A stretch of 64,000 nucleotides of DNA from an uncultured Lentisphaeraceae bacterium (lineage in GTDB: Bacteria > Verrucomicrobiota > Kiritimatiellia > RFP12 > UBA1067). How positions within the stretch are numbered: the stretch's first letter is position 1; the number at the start of each line of letters is the position of its first letter. Position numbers and translations under genes: made by a program. The notes beneath the pieces were generated by a model. The model ran no database searches. It saw only the letters and a list, made by a program, of their open reading frames with translations, and was not told the origin of the DNA. Positions 9,648 through 18,433 of the stretch are shown here, piece after piece. The stretch is from NCBI GenBank assembly GCA_964440985.1, contig CAYTWE010000001.1:16875-80874 (forward strand), read 5' to 3'.

Positions 9648-10895
9648 TCAGAAAGCATACGTGAGCGAAAGCCCGGCTGCATGCGAAAGACCATTTTCGG
9701 TATCGAACTTCACCTTCCTGCCGCTCGCCGGGTGCGAGTAGTAGACCGACTCGCCGCACATGAACACAAGACCGTAGCTGAGCGTGACATCAACAGGTCC
9801 GCAATGCCAGGCAAGAGCGAGCGTTCCGATGTGGCGGTCGCCGGGCGGAAGCATGGTAGAGCCGTTGTTGCTGGAGGTGCTGCACGGATCCATGTCAAAC
9901 ACATAGGAACCGAGGAGAGAGAAATTCTCGTGGAAATCCCACGCGCCGCCGAAGCCGATGCGGAAGACGTCATCCCAGCCAAGTTTCGTGGGCTTGCGTC
10001 CGTTCGGAAGATCGAAGTTAATGGCCGGCATCGAAGACCACTCCGTCCAGACCAATGTTGTGCCGAGGTGTACGGTTTCCGTAACATCCCAGTTTGCGCC
10101 TATCGTGACGGACTGCGGAAGGCGGATATCTGCGCTCGCCGTTCCGTTGGCGCTTCTGTTCACCATGCTGTCAAGCGCCCCATTGCCTGAGTTCGCGTGC
10201 ATCGACGCCCTGCCCTTGATTGTGGAATCGATATATGACTTGTACATTGCACCCACCGAGAAGGTATCGGTAATCTTGTAGCGCGTAGAGACCTGCCAGC
10301 CCCAGTCGGAGAAGCTGTTGTCTCCCTTCAGACGGTATCTGCCACGAATATATCCGTATGGCGTCTGTACATACTGGTAGGAACGCTGCTCAAAGTCAAA
10401 GTACAGAAGGCGGAAGCCGGCTGACACAGACCAGTCTTTGGTGATGCTGTACGAGAGGTTTGGCGTAAGCGTAAGCCCGCGCACAGTAGTCTCGATCGTA
10501 TTCCAGTTCATCTCCCAGTCAGGATTGTAATGAGTGCCGAGACCGAACTCAGGTGCAAAGCCGAGACCGAAAGCGAAATCGTAGGGAAGAGGCTGAACGA
10601 GATGGAAGTGCGGAAGCACAAACGCGCCTGGATCCATCTTGCGTCCGTGATGTCCGTCAATCACAGTGTCGGCGGTCGGATGCTCCGTGACGAAACCGAC
10701 GGTCACAATGGTATTCGTGAAATCCGCCATCGTTGCAGGGTTGTAGAAGTTTGCGGACGCATCAACGGCCTTACCCATCACTGCGCCGCCGAGTGCGGTA
10801 CCCTTTGCCGATCCTTCATACAGCGCAAAACCTGCGCCAAACGCCGCTGTCGTCATGACGGAAACCGCCGCCACCATTGCACACGCTATTTTCAT
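9648..10895 (-). CDS. Outer-membrane beta-barrel transporter of the FadL/OmpP1/TodX family (hydrophobic compound / long-chain fatty acid uptake)
   Basis: Signal peptide MKIACAMVAAVSVMTTAAFG. GAGFALYEGSAKGTALGGAV...ANFYNPATMADF is typical of FadL-family N-termini. C-terminal ...LSLTYAF ends in an aromatic residue. Start set at the internal ATG 10895, with AAGGAAGG upstream. Confidence 0.7.
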   Translation of the reverse strand: MKIACAMVAAVSVMTTAAFGAGFALYEGSAKGTALGGAVMGKAVDASANFYNPATMADFTNTIVTVGFVTEHPTADTVIDGHHGRKMDPGAFVLPHFHLVQPLPYDFAFGLGFAPEFGLGTHYNPDWEMNWNTIETTVRGLTLTPNLSYSITKDWSVSAGFRLLYFDFEQRSYQYVQTPYGYIRGRYRLKGDNSFSDWGWQVSTRYKITDTFSVGAMYKSYIDSTIKGRASMHANSGNGALDSMVNRSANGTASADIRLPQSVTIGANWDVTETVHLGTTLVWTEWSSMPAINFDLPNGRKPTKLGWDDVFRIGFGGAWDFHENFSLLGSYVFDMDPCSTSSNNGSTMLPPGDRHIGTLALAWHCGPVDVTLSYGLVFMCGESVYYSHPASGRKVKFDTENGLSHAAGLSLTYAF

Positions 10896-10926
10896 TCGCC
10901 TAACCTTCCTTTGGTTAAAAAGACAG

Positions 10927-10961
10927 TGTGACATTATATATCAAAGTGTCACAAAAGTCAA
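10927..10961 (-). promoter_or_regulatory. Near-consensus sigma70 promoter for the OMP gene (TTGACT-N17-TATAAT) bracketed by a 7-bp inverted repeat TGTGACA-N13-TGTCACA
   Basis: Minus strand: TTGACT tttgtgacactttgata TATAAT gtcacactg. The -35 is at 10956-10961, the -10 at 10933-10938, and the inverted-repeat arms at 10947-10953 and 10927-10933. Confidence 0.55.
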
Positions 10962-10964
10962 ACA

Positions 10965-10998
10965 GAAAAAAGGTGGTCCGCAACTGACGTTGCGAACC
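10965..10998 (-). terminator. Rho-independent terminator of the rplKAJL operon (after rplL)
   Basis: Minus strand: GGTTCGCAAC gtca GTTGCGGACC (10-bp stem, one G.U pair) followed by CCTTTTTT. Confidence 0.6.
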
Positions 10999-11021
10999 GC
11001 CCTTCAACCATGCAACCGAAG

Positions 11022-11387
11022 TTACTTGATCTCGACCTCTGCACCGGCCTTCTTGAGCTGCTCGGCAATCTTGTCGGCATCTTCCTTGGAAGCACCTTCC
11101 TTGACGGTCTTGGGAGCACCGTCGACGAGATCCTTCGCATCCTTGAGTCCGAGACCCGTGATGGCGCGGATTTCCTTGATGACGGCAATCTTGTTGGCGC
11201 CAGCGGCCTTGAGGACAACGTCGAACTCCGTCTTCTCTTCGGCAGGAGCGGCACCAGCGGCGGGGCCGGCAACGGCAACTGCAGCGGCGGCGGAAACGCC
11301 CCACGCCTCTTCGAGAGCCTTAACGAGCTCGTTGATTTCGAGAACGGTCTTGCCAGACAGTTCGTTGATGATTTCTTCGTTCGTCAT
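11022..11387 (-). CDS. rplL: 50S ribosomal protein L7/L12
   Basis: [31 protein letters not shown]...[26 protein letters not shown]; canonical L12 N-terminal domain, Ala-rich hinge and C-terminal domain. Confidence 0.95.
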   Translation of the reverse strand: MTNEEIINELSGKTVLEINELVKALEEAWGVSAAAAVAVAGPAAGAAPAEEKTEFDVVLKAAGANKIAVIKEIRAITGLGLKDAKDLVDGAPKTVKEGASKEDADKIAEQLKKAGAEVEIK

Positions 11388-11474
11388 TTTCTTCTTCCTT
11401 TGTTTTACTTTTCAACCCAAGCCGTGTTCCATGCTTGGGAAATCAGTGTCATGCCGCCAGAAGGCGGCACTTGA

Positions 11475-11981
11475 TCAAGCGGCGGGAGCGGCCTCGCCAC
11501 CCTCCTTCTTCGCCTTCTCGGAAAGGACACGTGCAAGGCGCGTTGCAGGCTCCTTGAGGAGCATGAGCAACGTAGCGCGGAGCTCGTTCTTGCCGGGAAT
11601 CTTCGAGAGCGCTTCAACCATCGCGGCATCGACAATCTTGTTGTCGTAGTCGGCACCCTTGACGGATGCTTTGCCGGCGGAGTTCTTCACAAACTCCATG
11701 ATCGACTTCGCTACGGCAGTCGGCTCGCCCTTGCCCGTAACGATGGCCGTAGGACCGGCAAACATCGCGTTGACCTCATCGCTCCAGCCCTTCTCCTTCG
11801 CAACATGGGCGAGGAAGGTGTTCTTGACGACGAGGAGGCGGGACTCCTGAGTGCGGAGAGCGGCGCGGAGAGCAGCAAGCTGCGTCACGGACACGCCGCC
11901 GTAGTTGATGATGAAGCAGTAGTCGCTCGCCTTGACGCGATCGACGACTTCGTTCATTATTGCGACTTTTTCGATTCTCAT
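11475..11981 (-). CDS. rplJ: 50S ribosomal protein L10
   Basis: Position between rplA and rplL; L10-like sequence (..FIINYGGVSVTQLAALR..); 168 aa. Confidence 0.93.
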   Translation of the reverse strand: MRIEKVAIMNEVVDRVKASDYCFIINYGGVSVTQLAALRAALRTQESRLLVVKNTFLAHVAKEKGWSDEVNAMFAGPTAIVTGKGEPTAVAKSIMEFVKNSAGKASVKGADYDNKIVDAAMVEALSKIPGKNELRATLLMLLKEPATRLARVLSEKAKKEGGEAAPAA

Positions 11982-11995
11982 TTCGTCACACTCCT

Positions 11996-12691
11996 TTACT
12001 CGGCGTCAGCCGTAAGAATGCAGGGGACGCCAGGCCCCATCGTGGAGCAGAGCGTAAGGGTCTTGACGAACTGCCCCTTCACGGTAGCAGGCTTCGCGGA
12101 CTGCACAGCGGCAATCACAGCGTTGACGTTCTGCACGAGCTTGTCGGCATCAAACGAAAGCTTGCCGGCGATGACGCAGCAGTTGCCTGTCTTGTCCATG
12201 CGGAAATCGACCTTGCCCGCCTTCGCCTCCTTGACGGCCGTCGCCGGATCATCGGTCACGGTTCCCGTCTTGGGATTGGGCATGAGACCGCGAGGACCGA
12301 GGACGCGGGCGCACTTGCGCACGCTCTTCATCGCCTCAACCGTTGCGATCGCAACGTCAAAATCGCACCAGCCCTCCTTCGTGATCTTCTCGACGAGATC
12401 GTCAAGACCGACGAAATCAGCACCAGCGGCGCGAGCCTCATCAGCGTGTTCACCGCCGGCGAAGACGAGAACCTTGACGTTCTTGCCGGATCCGGCGGGG
12501 AGCTTCACCGTGCCACGCACGGGAGAGTCGCTCTTGACGAGATCCACACCCATCTTGAACGCGACGTCAAGGGTCTCATCGAACTTAGCCGCAGGATGAG
12601 CCTTGATGAACTTTACGGCCTCAGCGACCGACACAGGCTGCTTGGGGAGAGCCTTGGCGATGCTGCGATACTTCTTACCAAATTTAGCCAT
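11996..12691 (-). CDS. rplA: 50S ribosomal protein L1
   Basis: MAKFGKKYRSIAKALPK..FDETLDVAFKMGVD.., typical L1; 231 aa. Confidence 0.95.
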   Translation of the reverse strand: MAKFGKKYRSIAKALPKQPVSVAEAVKFIKAHPAAKFDETLDVAFKMGVDLVKSDSPVRGTVKLPAGSGKNVKVLVFAGGEHADEARAAGADFVGLDDLVEKITKEGWCDFDVAIATVEAMKSVRKCARVLGPRGLMPNPKTGTVTDDPATAVKEAKAGKVDFRMDKTGNCCVIAGKLSFDADKLVQNVNAVIAAVQSAKPATVKGQFVKTLTLCSTMGPGVPCILTADAE

Positions 12692-12704
12692 GGGTCACTT
12701 CCTT

Positions 12705-13130
12705 TCAGTCAACAACCTCAATGCCCATGTTGCGCGCCGTGCCAGCAATCATGCGCATGGCGGCCTCAGGATCTGTCGTGTTGAGGTCAGCCTTCTTCAT
12801 CTCGACAATCTTCGCGAGCTGAGCCTTCGTGACCTTGCCAACCTTGTTCTTGTTCGGAACGCCAGAACCCTTGGCGAGACCGGCTTCCTTCTTGAGGAGC
12901 ACGGACGCGGGCGGCGACTTGAATTCGAGGGAGAAGCTGCGATCCTGATAGACCGTGATGATAACAGGAATCACGAGACCGGCCTGCTTCGCCGTCTTCG
13001 CATTGAACTCCTTGCAGAACTGCATGATGTTGACACCAGCAGAACCGAGTGCCGGACCGACCGGCGGCGCAGGATTCGCGGCACCTGCCGGAATCTGGAG
13101 CTTGACTACGCCCTTGACCTTCTTGGCCAT
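12705..13130 (-). CDS. rplK: 50S ribosomal protein L11
   Basis: [44 protein letters not shown]; canonical L11. Confidence 0.95.
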   Translation of the reverse strand: MAKKVKGVVKLQIPAGAANPAPPVGPALGSAGVNIMQFCKEFNAKTAKQAGLVIPVIITVYQDRSFSLEFKSPPASVLLKKEAGLAKGSGVPNKNKVGKVTKAQLAKIVEMKKADLNTTDPEAAMRMIAGTARNMGIEVVD

Positions 13131-13201
13131 ATCTTTCTTCCTTTATTCTCGTGTCCTCCCGGCGATCCTGCCGGTGCTGACGGACCGATGACTTCAACGC
13201 A

Positions 13202-13819
13202 TCATATCGCAGGATTCGAATCGACGATGTCCGCTGTAGACATCTTCTCGACCTGCCAATACTCAACGTCCACAGGCGTTTTGCGGCTGAAAATCTGAAC
13301 TTCAACCGTGAGCTTGCCTTTGGGATCGACAACCGTGACCTGTCCCACCTGCCCTTGGAAGGGACCGTCAATGACTTTCACCGTGTCATCCACGTTGAAA
13401 AGAACCTTTGGACGCGGCGGCGGTTCACTCTTTCCGCCACCCTTGCCGGAGGAGAGTATCGCATCAATCTCCGACTGCTTGAGGGGCATCGGACGCTCCC
13501 CTCCAATGAAACCTATGACACCCGGCGTCGCACGAAGGAACTGCCATGTGCGATCGTATACCGCCTTCTTTCCGGTCGCGGGGTCAATGCCTACCGAATC
13601 ATCATAAAGAGCCAATTCGCAGAGCACATATCCAGGGAAGAACTTCTTGACAAGCGTACGGCTCTTTCCGTTCTTCTTCTCAGTGACCCGCTCGGTGGGA
13701 ATGAGGCACTCGCCGATGTAGTCCTCCATGGCCTCGAGTTTCCTGCGAGCCACAATCGACCGCTGAGCCTTGTTCTCCTGCCCAGTCAGCGTATGCAGAA
13801 CAAACCATTCTTTCTTCAT
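13202..13819 (-). CDS. nusG: Transcription termination/antitermination factor NusG
   Basis: KKEWFVLHTLTGQENK (NGN domain start) and a C-terminal KOW (VKVIDGPFQGQVGQV). Start placed at ATG 13819 (MKKEW..); the track start at 13849 is a TTG that overlaps secE. Confidence 0.9.
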   Translation of the reverse strand: MKKEWFVLHTLTGQENKAQRSIVARRKLEAMEDYIGECLIPTERVTEKKNGKSRTLVKKFFPGYVLCELALYDDSVGIDPATGKKAVYDRTWQFLRATPGVIGFIGGERPMPLKQSEIDAILSSGKGGGKSEPPPRPKVLFNVDDTVKVIDGPFQGQVGQVTVVDPKGKLTVEVQIFSRKTPVDVEYWQVEKMSTADIVDSNPAI

Positions 13820-13829
13820 CGCGGATCTC

Positions 13830-14027
13830 TTACGCCCCTGCGTGAACAATCTGAATGAAGAGCTGGATCACCTTGTCGCAGGCAAGCGTAGTGACGGCCA
13901 GTATGAAGATGAACGCGACAACTACAAGCGTCGAGTCGTAGAGCTCATGCTTGTCGGGCCACGAAACACGTTTCGATTCGCCCTTTACCTCGGCAAGATA
14001 GCCCTTAATGCGATTGAACCAGTTCAT
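13830..14027 (-). CDS. secE: Preprotein translocase subunit SecE
   Basis: MNWFNRIKGYLAEVKGESKRVSWP + single TM; 65 aa; conserved position between tRNA-Trp and nusG. Confidence 0.85.
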   Translation of the reverse strand: MNWFNRIKGYLAEVKGESKRVSWPDKHELYDSTLVVVAFIFILAVTTLACDKVIQLFIQIVHAGA

Positions 14028-14047
14028 CTCCTGCTCCTCAATCCTTT

Positions 14048-14121
14048 TGGCAGGGTAGGAGGGAATCGAACCCCCATAGGCGGTTTTGGAGACCGCTGCA
14101 CTGCCATTGTGCTACTACCCT
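14048..14121 (-). tRNA. tRNA-Trp (anticodon CCA)
   Basis: Minus strand: AGGGTAGTAGCACAATGGCAGTGCAGCGGTCTCCAAAACCGCCTATGGGGGTTCGATTCCCTCCTACCCTGCCA. 7-bp acceptor stem, anticodon loop CUCCAAA, T-loop GGTTCGATTCC, 3' CCA encoded. Confidence 0.9.
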
Positions 14122-14137
14122 AAAAAGAAAGGAAAAC

Positions 14138-14290
14138 CTACTTGACCTCTTTGTGTCCCGTGCGCTTTCCGCAGTGCGGACAGAACTTCGACTTCTCGAC
14201 GCGCTCTGTCATCGTCTTCTTGTTGCGCGTAGTCGTATAGTTGCGGCGCTTGCAATCCGTGCACGCCAGAATGGCCAACTCTCTCGGCAT
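14138..14290 (-). CDS. rpmG: 50S ribosomal protein L33 (50 aa; below the ORF-track size cutoff)
   Basis: Manual translation MPRELAILACTDCKRRNYTTTRNKKTMTERVEKSKFCPHCGKRTGHKEVK*. This gives the L33 zinc-ribbon pattern (C-x2-C ... C-x2-C) and the NY.T.RNK motif. GGAGG lies 8 nt upstream. Canonical position between tRNA-Trp/secE and tuf. Confidence 0.85.
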   Translation of the reverse strand: MPRELAILACTDCKRRNYTTTRNKKTMTERVEKSKFCPHCGKRTGHKEVK

Positions 14291-14398
14291 CTTAATCTTC
14301 CTCCCGTCTTTTGCGGTAGATCAAGTCCGCCCCCGCACCCGACCGACCACTTCGGCCGGATTGCGGGGAACGGACTTTTCCCACAGAAGACGATCTAA

Positions 14399-15610
14399 TT
14401 ACTTGATCACCTTCGAAACCGTGCCGGCGCCGACCGTGCGGCCGCCTTCGCGGATTGCGAAGCGCATCTTCTCCTCAAGCGCGACAGGCGCGATGAGCTT
14501 GACCTTGAGCGTCACGTTGTCACCAGGCATCACCATCTCGACGCCCTCAGGCAGCTCGATGTCGCCCGTCACGTCCGTCGTGCGGATGTAGAACTGCGGG
14601 CGGTAGCCCTTCATGAACGCCGTGTGGCGGCCACCCTCGTCCTTCGTGAGGACGTAGACCTGACCCTCGAACTCGGTGTGCGGGGTGATCGAACCCGGCT
14701 TGGCGAGCACCTGACCACGCTCGACATCCTCCTTCTTCGTGCCACGGAGAAGGCAGCCGATGTTGTCGCCGGCCTGACCCTGATCAAGAAGCTTGCGGAA
14801 CATCTCAACGCCCGTGACGGCCGTCTTCGCCGTCGGCTTGAGACCGACGATCTCAACTTCGTCGCCGACCTTGATGACACCGCGCTCAACACGACCGGTG
14901 ACGACCGTGCCGCGACCTTCAATCGAGAAGATGTCCTCGATAGGCATGAGGAACGGCTGGTCAAGAGCGCGCTCAGGCTCAGGGATGTAGCTGTCAAGGG
15001 CAGCCATAAGCTCGTCGATGCACTTGCACGCCGCATCGTCCTTGCTCGTGGCCTGGGTTGCGGGATAGGCGGCGCCGCGGATCACCGGAGCGTTGTCGCC
15101 ATCGTAGTCGTACTTGGAAAGAAGTTCGCGAACCTCCATCTCAACGAGGTCGAGCATCTCGGCATCGTCAACGAGATCGCACTTGTTGAGGAACACGACA
15201 ATCTTCGGAACGCCGACCTGGCGGGCGAGAAGGACGTGTTCACGCGTCTGGGGCATCGGACCGTCGACGGCGGAGACAACGAGGATGGCACCATCCATCT
15301 GCGCCGCACCCGTAATCATGTTCTTGACATAGTCAGCATGTCCCGGGCAGTCAACGTGCGCGTAGTGGCGGTTCTCGGTCGCGTACTCGACGTGGGAGGA
15401 CGCAATCGTCAAAATCTTAGTGGCATCACGGCGGCCGGCGGACTCAGAAGCCTTGGCGACCTGGTCGTACTTGATCTCATCGCAGAGACCCTTAAGGGAC
15501 TGTACGTGCGTGATGGCGGCCGTGAGTGTGGTCTTGCCGTGGTCGACGTGGCCGATTGTGCCGACGTTCACGTGCGGCTTTCCGCCGCGATCGAATGTTT
15601 CCTTAGCCAT
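14399..15610 (-). CDS. tuf: Elongation factor Tu
   Basis: [33 protein letters not shown]... Real start is the ATG at 15610 with AGGAGA upstream. The track start 15706 is an in-frame upstream extension. 403 aa. Confidence 0.97.
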   Translation of the reverse strand: MAKETFDRGGKPHVNVGTIGHVDHGKTTLTAAITHVQSLKGLCDEIKYDQVAKASESAGRRDATKILTIASSHVEYATENRHYAHVDCPGHADYVKNMITGAAQMDGAILVVSAVDGPMPQTREHVLLARQVGVPKIVVFLNKCDLVDDAEMLDLVEMEVRELLSKYDYDGDNAPVIRGAAYPATQATSKDDAACKCIDELMAALDSYIPEPERALDQPFLMPIEDIFSIEGRGTVVTGRVERGVIKVGDEVEIVGLKPTAKTAVTGVEMFRKLLDQGQAGDNIGCLLRGTKKEDVERGQVLAKPGSITPHTEFEGQVYVLTKDEGGRHTAFMKGYRPQFYIRTTDVTGDIELPEGVEMVMPGDNVTLKVKLIAPVALEEKMRFAIREGGRTVGAGTVSKVIK

Positions 15611-15661
15611 TTTCAGTGGTCTCCTGTAGGTTTGTTCTTGTCTTTTCTGTTCAGGGGCAAA

Positions 15662-15737
<76 letters not shown>

Positions 15738-15762
15738 CTTATGTCCCTAAAAAGAAGTTCGT

Positions 15763-15830
15763 AGTATACTACATATGCCCTTTTACCGCAAGTGGTAAAA
15801 TTAATAAAATGAAATGCCCGTAAAAAAGCC
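15763..15830 (-). promoter_or_regulatory. Candidate strong promoter for tRNA-Thr/tuf: TTGCGG-N17-TATACT with an AT-rich UP-element-like tract upstream
   Basis: Minus strand: ..tttcattttattaattttaccac TTGCGG taaaagggcatatgtag TATACT acgaac... The -35 is at 15786-15791 and the -10 at 15763-15768. The 15792-15830 stretch is about 30% GC in a 62% GC genome. Confidence 0.45.
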
Positions 15831-15991
15831 CCGCTTTGCCGTAGCACAGGATCCCCGGGACCTCAAGTCCAAGCGGAGACCTTAGTCGGTTTGCCAAAGC
15901 GCACCGCATTCAGGCTATCCTCACAAAAACGAAGGTCGGAGAAATTACCTGCCAAGTCCGCGTGCAAAACAGGGCCCACGATGTACAAAGA

Positions 15992-18433
15992 TCAGCCTTC
16001 GCGAACCTCCACCGCAAGCGACGTCTTCAGTGCGTCCGCAATCTTTGCAAATGCGGCGTTCACCTCGTCGTCGGTCAGCGTTCTGTCATCCGCGCGGAAC
16101 GTGAGGGAGTAGGCGCGGCTCGACCTGCCTTTCCCCAATTCCTTGGACGCAAATATATCAAATAGCCTTATGCCGGTCAACTCCTTCGGCGCAACCTTGC
16201 GAATCGCCTTGACCACCGCCTCATGCGTCACGCCCGCATCCGCAACGAACGCAATGTCGCGTGTGACCGGCGGGAACTGCGGCACGGCGGAGACACGACC
16301 TGTCGCACCGATGCGCTTGAGCAGTGGCTTGAGATCCAACTCGGCAAGCGCCAGCTGGGTCGCGAGGCGGAACGGGTGGCGAAGTTTGTCGGAGACGACG
16401 CCGAGGACACCGGCGGGGCGTCCGTTGATGACCACTTCAAGCGCCACCTGAAACGCGGGATGCTCAACGCGGCGGAACTCCGTCTTGCCGACCTTCACCA
16501 GTTTCACAACGCGCTCAACCGCACCCTTCATCCAAAGGAGAGCCTCCTCCACCGAAACAGGCTTGACACGCGCCAACGCATCGCGTCCCACCGGACCGAA
16601 GAAGCCCATCGCAAGCCTTGAAGCCTCAAACGGCTTGCCGTCCTTCTGCCCAAACACCCTTCCGATCTCGAAGAGTTTCCCCTCCTCCAGTCTGTGGGCG
16701 GCGTTGCGTCCAAGGCTCTGGTACAGCTGCGGCATCAGGGAATCGCGCAACACTCCGTATTCGGCGCTCACCGGGTCCGGCAGAGGCAGCCTTTCGGGGT
16801 TCGTCCCGAACGGCGCAAGGTCGGAGGCGGAGAGGAACGAATAGTGCATCGCTTCGGAGAATCCAAGCCCGGTCAGGAATGAGCGCAACGTCTCCTGCGC
16901 CCGGAACGGAGCATCATCAAGCGACGACACCGACGGAGCGGACGGCATCGTGTCCGGAATGTTGTCCAGACCGTAGAGACGCGCCACCTCCTCGACGAGA
17001 TCCGCCTCAAGCGAAAGATCCCATCGCCAGCTCGGAATGGCGTATGTCGCATATCCGTCGCCTGAGTCCACGCGCTTCAACCCGATCGATTCGAGAATCT
17101 GAAGTATCCTGTCGTCGGGGATGTCTATACCGATCAGACGACGGGCGCGTTCAAACACAATCTTGACTGGTTCGTTGAACGAGAACGACTCATCAACCCC
17201 GGCGACAGGGAACCGCTTCCGCCCGTCCGCATCAACAACGCCTTTGGCTATCACGGCACCGCCGTATTTCTGGAGAAGGTGCGCGGCACGGCGGCTCGCG
17301 AAGTCCGCAAGATCCTTGTCCACACCACGGATGTAGCGGTAGCTGGCCTCGGTTGCAAGCCCAAGTTTCGTCGACGAATATTTTGTCGTCCCTGGATCGA
17401 ACAGCGCAGACTCGATGAGCACACTGCTCGTTCCGGCGGCAATCTCAGAATCCTCACCGCCCATGACGCCGGCTACTGCGGACGGCTTCGACTCATCGCA
17501 TATGAGAAGCATGTTCGGGTCGAGCTTGCGCTCCACACCGTCGAGCGTCTTCATCGTCTCGCCGTCGCGGGCGGCGCGAACCACAACCTTGCGCCCGGCC
17601 AGCTTCGTGTAGTCGAACGCATGGAGCGGCTGGCCCAATTCCAGCATCACATAGTTCGTGACGTCAACAAGAAGTCCGAGTGAGCGGACACCGCACGCCT
17701 CAAGGCGCTTCACCATGAACTCAGGCGACGGCCCATCCTTCACCGATGTCACAACCCTCGCGGTGTAGCGCGGACATTTCGCGAAATCCTCCACCTCAAC
17801 CTTCACCTCGCCGTTGACGTCCGTATCGGATTCGACGAAGTCAGCCTCAGGCATCTTCAGCGGGCGTCCGAGAATTGCGGCGTACTCACGCGCAAGGCCA
17901 ACGACGGAGAGCGCGTCAGGACGGTTCCACGTCACCTCTATCTCGAACACGGTCTCCGGCTTTTCGCCATGCAGCACATCACGGAGGAACGCCCCCACAG
18001 GCGCATCCGGCGGCAACTCCATTATGCCTTCGTGCGTACCGCCCGGCAGGGCAAGTTCGCTTGAGGAGCACAGCATGCCGAACGACTCTACGCCGCGCAG
18101 CTTGCCCTTCTTGATCTTGAATCCGCCGTCAGGTATGACTGCACCGATCTTGGCGAATGCACTCTTCATTCCGGCGCGGCAGTTCGGTGCGCCGCACACG
18201 ACTTGAACAGTCTCCTTCCCGTCGGTGACTGTCGTCTTGTGCAGATGTGTACCCTCAATCACCTCGCACGTCAAGACTTCCCCCACGACAATCTCGTCGC
18301 AGAGCGGCGCAGGGCCGGACGTTTCTATCGATTCAACCTGAAGTCCTGCATGGGTCAGCCTGTCGGCAAGCTCTTCGGGCTTGATGTCATCGACCTTTAC
18401 ATATTCATTGAGCCAGCTTATCGGCAGCTTCAT
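15992..18433 (-). CDS. pheT: Phenylalanine--tRNA ligase beta subunit
   Basis: N-terminus MKLPISWLNEYV (compare E. coli MKFSELWLREWV); 813 aa with B3/4, tRNA-binding and FDX-ACB-like regions. Confidence 0.95.
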   Translation of the reverse strand: MKLPISWLNEYVKVDDIKPEELADRLTHAGLQVESIETSGPAPLCDEIVVGEVLTCEVIEGTHLHKTTVTDGKETVQVVCGAPNCRAGMKSAFAKIGAVIPDGGFKIKKGKLRGVESFGMLCSSSELALPGGTHEGIMELPPDAPVGAFLRDVLHGEKPETVFEIEVTWNRPDALSVVGLAREYAAILGRPLKMPEADFVESDTDVNGEVKVEVEDFAKCPRYTARVVTSVKDGPSPEFMVKRLEACGVRSLGLLVDVTNYVMLELGQPLHAFDYTKLAGRKVVVRAARDGETMKTLDGVERKLDPNMLLICDESKPSAVAGVMGGEDSEIAAGTSSVLIESALFDPGTTKYSSTKLGLATEASYRYIRGVDKDLADFASRRAAHLLQKYGGAVIAKGVVDADGRKRFPVAGVDESFSFNEPVKIVFERARRLIGIDIPDDRILQILESIGLKRVDSGDGYATYAIPSWRWDLSLEADLVEEVARLYGLDNIPDTMPSAPSVSSLDDAPFRAQETLRSFLTGLGFSEAMHYSFLSASDLAPFGTNPERLPLPDPVSAEYGVLRDSLMPQLYQSLGRNAAHRLEEGKLFEIGRVFGQKDGKPFEASRLAMGFFGPVGRDALARVKPVSVEEALLWMKGAVERVVKLVKVGKTEFRRVEHPAFQVALEVVINGRPAGVLGVVSDKLRHPFRLATQLALAELDLKPLLKRIGATGRVSAVPQFPPVTRDIAFVADAGVTHEAVVKAIRKVAPKELTGIRLFDIFASKELGKGRSSRAYSLTFRADDRTLTDDEVNAAFAKIADALKTSLAVEVREG

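Noticed and set aside
10927-10953. CRP/FNR site at the OMP promoter
   Set aside because: Half-sites TGTGA/TCACA are present but separated by 13-14 nt rather than the N6 of the CRP family. Retained as a generic operator instead.
10855-12784. Several long plus-strand ORFs (264, 264 and 274 aa) across the rplL/rplJ/rplA region
   Set aside because: Opposite strand of canonical ribosomal protein genes. Ala/Ser/Arg-rich shadow ORFs.
15831-15960. Additional tRNA (Tyr/Gly/Thr) or SRP/6S RNA upstream of tuf
   Set aside because: No acceptor/T-arm pairing or conserved loops could be built on either strand; left as unassigned
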